Shown: piece by piece, positions 1 to 5,875 of the stretch
How the letters are laid out: each line of letters opens with the position of its first letter
Numbering within the stretch: position 1 is the stretch's first letter
DNA from: Bdellovibrionota bacterium
GTDB taxonomy: Bacteria; Bdellovibrionota_C; UBA2361; OMII01
NCBI GenBank assembly: GCA_044347025.1
Contig: JBIIYC010000002.1
Span: 1-38,035, forward strand
Direction of reading: 5' to 3'
Length of the DNA stretch: 38,035 nucleotides
Notes under the pieces: generated by a model
The model's input: only the letters and a program-made list of their open reading frames with translations
What the model was told of the DNA's origin: nothing
Database searches by the model: none
Program-made: the position numbers and the translations under genes

Positions 1-860
1 CGGAGCGCATCATCAGTCAGCGGCTGTTCGCTTTGCATCACTCGGCTCGCCAACTGCTGAATGCTACCCTGTACGATTTCGTTTCGAACAAATGGTCGGT
101 TCCAGCGTGAGGAGTCCTGCTCAAGTGCCATGATTGATGTAAGCACCAGCGCTCGCGTGTAGAACTCAGCAGAAACATCGAAATTCTGACTCTCAAGCAG
201 TTGCTTCGATGTTATTGTCATTTCTGGAGGGGTATAATCAGGCATTTGTATATGCCGAAAGAACTGCGTAGAGAGGCCCTGGCTCTCGGTGAAAAGAGCT
301 TCGATTCCGTCCTGAGATCCCGCCAGCATGATAACAACCCTGCCTCCATTCTCCTGTTCGAGGCGATTAAGAGCTCTACCAAGCTGAACTCGATCGTGCG
401 TTCGTAGGGCTGATATATCATCGATGAACAGCATGCCTCCAGCAGCTTGTTCCAGCGCTTGGCTGATTTTACCCTCTAACTCACCGATAAAATGCTCCTC
501 CAGTTCGCATGAAGAGATCGCAGTAATGATACTGTTTTGCAAATATCCCGCGCCGTAGAGCAACTTTCCAACAATACGTGCTATGGCGGCATTTTCAGAG
601 TCGTTGTCTCCGGTCAGAATAATGTTGCCGGTTTCGTCAGGTGTTCTGCTAAGCTGTTGCGCCACTAGGCCGACATTCACTAACTCGCGGAGCTGCTCCT
701 TCACGTTTCTCAGGCCCACCACGGATTCCAGTTCTCGCATCCCCTCTTGCAGTGCAGCTTCGCGAAGAGATGTGGCACCATGAGATGGTGCTGATGCCTC
801 GGGGCATGTATTGCATACAGGGTTGGTTTCGGTCTCTTTATGGGTTGTTATTGGGTTCAT
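1..860 (-). CDS. AAA+ fold protein, CbxX/SpoVK-like, with degenerate Walker A and B (predicted pseudo-ATPase); 3' end runs off the window
   Basis: Absent from the ORF track because it has no stop in the window. My minus-strand translation from ATG 860..858 gives MNPITTHKETETNPVCNTCPEASAPSHGATSLREAALQEGMRELESVVGLRNVKEQLRELVNVGLVAQQLSRTPDETGNIILTGDNDSENAAIARIVGKLLYGAGYL...GGMLFIDDISALRTHDRVQLGRALNRLEQENGGRVVIMLAGSQDG...PDYTPPEM. It is colinear with the neighbouring ATPase (LVLTGNPGTGKTTVAKLLGDYLYGIGYL / GGVLFIDEAY), but GKT is replaced by ENA and the Walker B reads DD rather than DE. Confidence 0.6.
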   Translation of the reverse strand, partial: MNPITTHKETETNPVCNTCPEASAPSHGATSLREAALQEGMRELESVVGLRNVKEQLRELVNVGLVAQQLSRTPDETGNIILTGDNDSENAAIARIVGKLLYGAGYLQNSIITAISSCELEEHFIGELEGKISQALEQAAGGMLFIDDISALRTHDRVQLGRALNRLEQENGGRVVIMLAGSQDGIEALFTESQGLSTQFFRHIQMPDYTPPEMTITSKQLLESQNFDVSAEFYTRALVLTSIMALEQDSSRWNRPFVRNEIVQGSIQQLASRVMQSEQPLTDDAL

Positions 861-930
861 GGGTTCTCTCTCATTATTATGTTAATAGGGTGTCGATGAT
901 TAAACGCTCTGGTAAGGCTTCGGCCCCCTT

Positions 931-960
931 TGTGCCGTCCCCCTTCGGGGATACGGCACA
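931..960 (-). other. Intercistronic stem-loop between the two AAA+ genes
   Basis: tgtgccgt-ccccc-ttcg-ggg-at-acggcaca forms 8 bp plus 3-4 bp arms with a small internal loop. It lies 10 nt downstream of the stop of the 971..2350 gene. No U-tract follows, so its function (attenuator or mRNA stabiliser) is unknown. Confidence 0.4.
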
Positions 961-970
961 AGGAGGAGAG

Positions 971-2350
971 TTAGTTCACTGTTCCTACCAGGTCAGCCAG
1001 GTACTGCTTACTTGCGGGAGTAAGCTCTGGTTGACCCTCGTCTAACACGCGGTGGTCCGTCATGTTGGCGAAGTACTGACCTACAGTGTCAGCATCCATT
1101 TGGATGACGTCGCCGTTCTCGCGCTTAAGCTCCCATTGGAGCTGATCGGGATCGACATGTGACCAGGGAATTCCGGTCAGCTTGTCAAAGAGTAGATCGT
1201 TTGCATGTACAACCTTCCAGCTATCATCAGTGGATGAAGGGTTAGTCGGCATTATTCGATCGGCCATCGGCCCGAAGCTCTGCTCAACGATCCCTTCCCG
1301 CACGAAACGTGCATTTGCATTCAGCCGGTTTGGGAACATGGTCTTTAATGAGCAGAGAACGTGTGCTTTTGCGAAGAATTCAGGCTCAGCTGTAACTCGG
1401 TTCTGCCCCAAAAATCTTCGTGAAATGGCAACCAGCTCTGCGGCGCTATAGTCGGGAAAGTTAATAGTTCTGGTAAACTTCCCCTTCAAGCCGGGATTCT
1501 TTTCAAGGAACTCCTGCATCTCCTTCTCGTAGCCGGCAGCGATCACGATCATCTCGCCCCGGTCTTGATCTAGTCGATGCGTCATCACGTCGATAACCTT
1601 TTGACCGAAGGAGTTGTCGCCACCGCGGGCGAGGGTATATGCTTCGTCGATGAAGAGAACTCCGCCACGAGCTTGATCGAATGCCTGTGCGGTGTTGACC
1701 TGTGCCTCTCCGACATGGGTACCACAAAGCTTCGCCTCATCCCCCTCAACCATGTGCCCTTTCGCGAGGTACCCAATTCCATACAGGTAATCGCCGAGAA
1801 GTTTAGCTACTGTTGTCTTGCCTGTTCCCGGATTGCCAGTTAGTACGAGGTGGCATGACGGCTTTGTGCCACCTAAAAGCATCTTCATAGCGATCACGTT
1901 CATGAATGTGCGGAGCTCTTGCTTGAACTCTTTCAATCCAATCAGATCGTCCATCTGTCGAGTGAACTCCACCAATGCTTGCTCGCGAGTGAGCCCCGGA
2001 CCAGACATGAGGGGAGATGCTATGCCACCCTGGACGCCTGGTGACGGGTGAGATGTGGTAGAATCGCCTGTCGAATGTAGCGCCATTTTCTGGGGCATCG
2101 CGGGTAAGGCGGGCATCGGCGTCCCCTTGCGGCACGCGTCTATCCACCCATCCATATTTACAACAGCTTGTTTGGTTTTCTCCCGTTGTTCCGGGTCGAG
2201 AGGTGCCTGGAGGCGACATCTCAGGAGTCGCTTTGTGTGTTCAAAGCTGCTCTCCGCCGAGGCATATTGGCCTTTATCGAAGCTCTTCTTGCCCTCTTGG
2301 AAGTGATATCCGATAGTTTTGTCATCTGGAATTGGACTTGCGGTCATCAT
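971..2350 (-). CDS. AAA+ ATPase, CbxX/SpoVK/EccA-like clade, with an N-terminal MIT/TPR-like helical head, a Pro/Gly-rich linker and a ~110-aa C-terminal extension
   Basis: Walker A is GNPGTGKTT and Walker B is GGVLFIDEAY. IVIAAGY, NPGLKGKFTRTINFPDYSAAEL and ANARFVRE are typical of CbxX-type AAA+ proteins. The N-terminus (GYHFQEGKKSFDKGQYASAESSFEHTKRLLRCRL..DPEQREKTKQAVVNMDGWIDACRK) reads as a 3-helix MIT/TPR-like unit. An AGGAG Shine-Dalgarno sits 8 nt upstream of the ATG. Confidence 0.85.
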   Translation of the reverse strand: MMTASPIPDDKTIGYHFQEGKKSFDKGQYASAESSFEHTKRLLRCRLQAPLDPEQREKTKQAVVNMDGWIDACRKGTPMPALPAMPQKMALHSTGDSTTSHPSPGVQGGIASPLMSGPGLTREQALVEFTRQMDDLIGLKEFKQELRTFMNVIAMKMLLGGTKPSCHLVLTGNPGTGKTTVAKLLGDYLYGIGYLAKGHMVEGDEAKLCGTHVGEAQVNTAQAFDQARGGVLFIDEAYTLARGGDNSFGQKVIDVMTHRLDQDRGEMIVIAAGYEKEMQEFLEKNPGLKGKFTRTINFPDYSAAELVAISRRFLGQNRVTAEPEFFAKAHVLCSLKTMFPNRLNANARFVREGIVEQSFGPMADRIMPTNPSSTDDSWKVVHANDLLFDKLTGIPWSHVDPDQLQWELKRENGDVIQMDADTVGQYFANMTDHRVLDEGQPELTPASKQYLADLVGTVN

Positions 2351-2373
2351 ATTCGAATCTCCTGTATAATTAG

Positions 2374-2391
2374 GCCCGAGCGTGCTCGGGC
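2374..2391 (-). other. Intercistronic hairpin between the coiled-coil gene and the AAA+ gene
   Basis: gcccgag-cgtg-ctcgggc forms a 7-bp GC-rich stem with a 4-nt loop in the 53-nt gap between the stop at 2404 and the start at 2350. It may set differential expression of the structural protein versus the ATPase. Confidence 0.4.
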
Positions 2392-2403
2392 TTCTACGTT
2401 GAA

Positions 2404-3189
2404 CTACGATCGTGCTGGGACCCTGTATTGGTCGGACGTATAGTTTAGTAGATCGATCCCATCCATTTGGCTTCTCGCAGTTTCCGCTGCTGTTAAAGCC
2501 TTTTGCTCCGCCTCTTTTTTGCGCTTTTCCTGGTGCTGACGTAACACCTTGTCCATTTCGGGCTTGATGGAGGATCCCAATGGCTGTCCTATAACGTCAT
2601 CAGTTTGCCCTCGTTGTTTGCCCTGAATGCCCTCAAGGATTCCCGTAAAAGTCGAGCGCATTTTCCCCCTATTTTTTGCGCCTTCGGAAATTGTTGATTG
2701 CAGCTGGTCGGGATCGGTCGCTGCGTGTTTAGTCGCGGAAGCGTCCTCTAACTCAGCCACGAGAACAACGGTGTCTTCTATAATCTTATCGCTTTCAACC
2801 TCAGCAACTTTGAGCGTAAGGGTCTCATGTCCTGCACTCAATGCTGCTCCCCGTATCTCTAGCTTCAAGTACTTGTTCTGAAGCGCGACGAGTTGAGCGG
2901 TGTCGCCTTTTTCCCTGGCTTCGATCATTTGGTCCAGAATCGACTCCTTTCTGGCTTCGTTTTTGGCGATTTCGTCCGAATATTTTTGTGCCTTTTGATC
3001 CATGACTACTAGCTTGTCATCTTCAGCATCCGCTCCGGCTCTGGCCAAAGCCTTTTTTTCTGCCTCGTTGTTATCTATTATTCGCTGCCTGAATTCCTTG
3101 CTGAAAGGATTAAAGTTAGCATTGAAGTCATGCCACGCTTGCTGAAATGCTCCGATGTCATTCTTCGGTCCCATACTTAATGAACTCAT
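2404..3189 (-). CDS. Coiled-coil protein, possible ESCRT-III (Snf7) / PspA-IM30 superfamily member
   Basis: 261 aa with a strong GGAGG Shine-Dalgarno 5 nt upstream of the ATG. It is all-helical and charged. The segment MIEAREKGDTAQLVALQNKYLKLEIRGAALSAGHETLTLKVAEVESDKIIEDTVVLVAELEDA resembles the Snf7 core pattern (kkGnk.aAl.aLk.Kk.yekql..l.g....le....). The tail is basic and acidic. The family call is pattern-based only. Confidence 0.75.
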   Translation of the reverse strand: MSSLSMGPKNDIGAFQQAWHDFNANFNPFSKEFRQRIIDNNEAEKKALARAGADAEDDKLVVMDQKAQKYSDEIAKNEARKESILDQMIEAREKGDTAQLVALQNKYLKLEIRGAALSAGHETLTLKVAEVESDKIIEDTVVLVAELEDASATKHAATDPDQLQSTISEGAKNRGKMRSTFTGILEGIQGKQRGQTDDVIGQPLGSSIKPEMDKVLRQHQEKRKKEAEQKALTAAETARSQMDGIDLLNYTSDQYRVPARS

Positions 3190-3695
3190 ACATTCCTCCT
3201 GGTATCGAGTATCTTCCCGGTCTCATTTGATTTGATTTGGACCGGTGTTGGACCAGGATAGTGACATAGGAGAGTTAATAAGGTTTCCGTCGATAGATTC
3301 CGTACAATTTTGGACGTGATATATGAGCGAGAGGCGAAGCTAAGCCGGTGGGTACTAGGAATTGTTTTTACGGTGACAATGTTCGTCTTAATGTGTGTAT
3401 TTCCGGCCACGGGGTGAGTTTCAGAGCGCCTCACTCCCAGAGAAGAGCGAGGATGGTGTTCGCCGTTAGTTGTCCTGCATCAGCGGCAATTTGCCCATTT
3501 TAACGGGGGTGACGCCCGAGGGGCCAATATCTGCCTTTAGCTATCTACGGAATCTATCGCCGGAAGGAAGGGGAGCGGGGGTGGTGTAGCGTGCGCTCCA
3601 TGATAAACACAAATACAACCAAACTTCATACCGCCAAAAACAGCAACGGAAACTCGCTTCCGCAGGGCTCTCCCGGTAACATGGAGGACCTTACG

Positions 3696-4523
3696 ATGCC
3701 GCAGGGCTTTCAACATGGAGAAACTCCTAAAGGGGCTCAAGGGCAGGAAGAGGGAGAGATAGCACAGCCGAAGAGGAGATGGTGGCCTTTCGGTCGAGGA
3801 AAGCAAGACCAGCCAGCCCAGCCAATCCCAGCTTCAGTTGCAGCACAGGAGCCAAGCGTGGCGCCCGTGGAGCCGGCGCCACAGGTTGAGCAGCAGATTC
3901 AGCCGAAGCTGACTGTTGAAGAGATCCGGAAGGGGCTTAAAGACCAGATTGAGATACTTACGCCGGAAGAAACAAGGCTTAAGCAAGAATGCAAGCGGCT
4001 TGAGGAGCAGCAGAATAAGAAATACGAGGAACTAGGTGAGTTGGAGGACAAGAGCGATTGCTCGCTAGAGGAGCTGGAGAAGATAACCCAACTTTCTCTC
4101 GAAATTCATGCGATAGAAATCGAAAAACAACAGGCGGACGAGGAGTTAGCGGATATATCAGTGTTAATTACTGGCGCACAAACCACTCTCCTGCAATTGC
4201 CTAAAGAGCTTTCGGTGGCTGACGAGGCTGCAAAGAAGATTGCCGAATTGGGGCGGGCCACGGATATAATCATTGAGGCGAAGTCTCAAGAAGTTAAGGT
4301 CGCCGGTGCAGACATTGCAGCGGTGAAAGAGCGCCAAGTAAAATGGCAAGCTACCCAGATGCCACAGCCGCAAAAAAGTAGGCCCCATGACCCTGTACGA
4401 GAAGGAATTACTAGCCGCGCCTTGGCAGAAGCGCGGGCAAGGAAGGCGCAAAAAGCGACGAGTAATAAGGCAGGGGACGAGGCTACGTCTGCGGGCGGCA
4501 AGCAATCCGGAGTTGCCCATTAA
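3696..4523 (+). CDS. Coiled-coil protein with a Pro/Gln-rich N-terminus, possible second ESCRT-III/Snf7-like protein (divergently transcribed)
   Basis: The ORF is open from GTG 3591. I prefer ATG 3696 because GGAGG (3683..3687) lies 8 nt upstream. The core is ...LEDKSDCSLEELEKITQLSLEIHAIEIEKQQADEELADISVLITGAQTTLLQLPKELSVADEAAKKIAELGRATDIIIEA, which is Snf7-like in heptad and charge layout. The C-terminus carries a basic amphipathic helix, SRALAEARARKAQK. Confidence 0.7.
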   Translation: MPQGFQHGETPKGAQGQEEGEIAQPKRRWWPFGRGKQDQPAQPIPASVAAQEPSVAPVEPAPQVEQQIQPKLTVEEIRKGLKDQIEILTPEETRLKQECKRLEEQQNKKYEELGELEDKSDCSLEELEKITQLSLEIHAIEIEKQQADEELADISVLITGAQTTLLQLPKELSVADEAAKKIAELGRATDIIIEAKSQEVKVAGADIAAVKERQVKWQATQMPQPQKSRPHDPVREGITSRALAEARARKAQKATSNKAGDEATSAGGKQSGVAH

Positions 4524-4531
4524 ATAACCCG

Positions 4532-4574
4532 GCGTGACGCCTCTGAGGAGGAATTTCTTCCAGAGGCGTTACGC
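4532..4574 (+). terminator. Long hairpin immediately after the stop at 4523 (terminator-like, no clear U-tract)
   Basis: gcgtgacgcctctg (4532..4545) pairs with cagaggcgttacgc (4561..4574) to give 14 bp including one G-U pair. The loop can add 3 further bp. Confidence 0.4.
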
Positions 4575-4799
4575 ATAAGTGAGTAGGACTAGAGTGGTGC
4601 TCCCAGAAACTCTGATTGCCCCTTGAGCGTTCAGAAAACAATTCAGAAGGATCTGATCGAAAAAATAACGATGAGTAGAGCGGCAGCGGCACCATAGTTG
4701 GTAGATATCTCGGATCTGCATCTTACAGCCGATAGGGGTTCAAAACGGTGGCTGTGGCACCCTGCACAGCGAGATTCCGGTGAGCCGAAGTAGTCTAGA

Positions 4800-4875
4800 G
4801 AGTGGCGCCAGGGATGTGTGTTTTCTCATGGCGCCACTCGGAGCCCCGATACGAGCGGGGCGTTAGGTCTAACGC
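4800..4875. other. Cluster of three consecutive GC-rich hairpins in an intergenic region
   Basis: The three hairpins are gagtggcgcc (4800..4809) with ggcgccactc (4830..4839), ccccg-atacgag-cgggg (4844..4860), and gcgtta-ggtc-taacgc (4860..4875). They lie 50-125 nt downstream of the stop of the minus-strand GxxExxY gene. Confidence 0.35.
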
Positions 4876-4923
4876 TGACGCAGATTGTTGGTGACCGCTC
4901 CGGGTGGCTCGTACTTCGCTGAA

Positions 4924-5412
4924 TTAGTGCGCGCTTTGATGTGATTGGTGTTCTCTCTCCCTGAATGTTTTACAAAGAGGACAGCGAGAACAGAGAGGGG
5001 AAGGAAATGGGCGTCTGAGACCGTCTTTGAGCAACTTTGCGTTAAAGTGGATCAGAAGTCCGACGCGGGCGTCGGTGAGTTTCATGTAAGTGATAACTTG
5101 GGCTTGGTGAATTGGTAGAAGTTGTTCCACTGCCTTTAGTTCAACGACGAGGTAATCGTCGATCAGAAAGTCCAAGCGATAACCACAATCCAGTGAGATA
5201 CCTTTGTAATCGATCGGTATTGCCGCCTGATTGATAAAAGGCAGTCCAGCTAGTTTAAGTTCATAGGCGAGGCATTTTTCGTAAGTTGACTCGAGTAATT
5301 CGGGTCCGAGGGTTCGATGGACCCCAATCGTACAACCGATGACCTGTTGGGTTAGAGGGTCTTTTTCCCCCTCTTCGTTCTCGCCGCTCTCTTTGTTAAA
5401 ATACATATACAT
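4924..5412 (-). CDS. GxxExxY family protein (PD-(D/E)XK nuclease-like fold)
   Basis: The sequence QQVIGCTIGVHRTLGPELLESTYEKCLAYELKLAGLPFINQAAIPIDYKGISLDCGYRLDFLIDDYLVVELKAVEQLLPIHQAQVITYMKLTDARVGLLIHFNAKLLKDGLRR matches the family signature almost position for position. There is an unusual ~25-aa Cys/His-rich C-terminal extension. Confidence 0.85.
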   Translation of the reverse strand: MYMYFNKESGENEEGEKDPLTQQVIGCTIGVHRTLGPELLESTYEKCLAYELKLAGLPFINQAAIPIDYKGISLDCGYRLDFLIDDYLVVELKAVEQLLPIHQAQVITYMKLTDARVGLLIHFNAKLLKDGLRRPFPSPLCSRCPLCKTFREREHQSHQSAH

Positions 5413-5520
5413 CTTATCGGCAATCTGCCGTATAAGGTGCTCAAGCCGCGCACCCGGGGCTATAGTAGAGAGAACAAGTGGCTCGTTTTGATGCTCGCTC
5501 GCGCTCGCACAAAATAGCCA

Positions 5521-5812
5521 CGCGATGGTACACAGCCGTCGGCGCGCAGGCGCTTTCCTTCAGTGTAATCAACGGTGAGTGGCATGCCCGCCCTCCCTTT
5601 GTAATGCGTGAGGATATACGAGGGGGATTGTTCCTGTTTGTCGCGTTAACGATTACATTCATCAGCCGCAGGCGCATTTGGTAGGCGTAATCAAGGGAGG
5701 GCTAGCAACCTGTTCCCCATAGCCTTGGCGGAGGGGTATGTTTCTCGCCGTTCGTGACGTTAACGATTACAGCCATCAGCCGCAGGCGTATTTTGTTAGG
5801 CGTAATCAAGGG
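5521..5812. repeat. Three copies of a ~55-nt element at a 114-123-bp period
   Basis: Copy 1 (5644..5697) is cgttaacgattacattcatcagccgcaggcgcatttggtaggcgtaatcaaggg. Copy 2 (5758..5812) is ~90% identical to it. Copy 0 (5521..5575) is degenerate (cgcgatggtacacagccgtcggcgcgcaggcgctttccttcagtgtaatcaacgg). Each copy carries the inverted pair gattac...gtaatc. The sequences between copies are mostly unrelated. Confidence 0.7.
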
Positions 5813-5875
5813 TGGGCGGGGCAAGCAGGCGTTTTCCTACGTCGTCCTGCCCCGCTTCTGTCCAAGCTAATCACA

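Noticed and set aside
971-3189. An EccA-like (type VII secretion) reading of the TPR-headed CbxX-type ATPase, with the neighbouring helical protein as a WXG100-type substrate.
   Set aside because: The head is only ~65 aa, one three-helix unit, not the ~280-aa EccA TPR array. The neighbour is 261 aa with no WXG hairpin motif. No EccB-E or FtsK-like ATPase genes are present, and the rest of the window is Gram-negative-type.
3186-3434. An 82-aa minus-strand ORF whose stop overlaps the start of the coiled-coil gene (ATGA-like coupling).
   Set aside because: Its composition is not protein-like (Thr/His/Ile/Arg-rich, in an AT-richer promoter-type region). No Shine-Dalgarno was seen, and it lies in the divergent intergenic region where promoters are expected. 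A micro-ORF cannot be excluded.
5521-5812. The 55-nt repeats with ~60-nt unrelated intervals suggested a mini-CRISPR.
   Set aside because: There are only 3 copies, at ~90% identity or lower. The repeat is longer and more degenerate than typical CRISPR repeats, and no cas genes are present.
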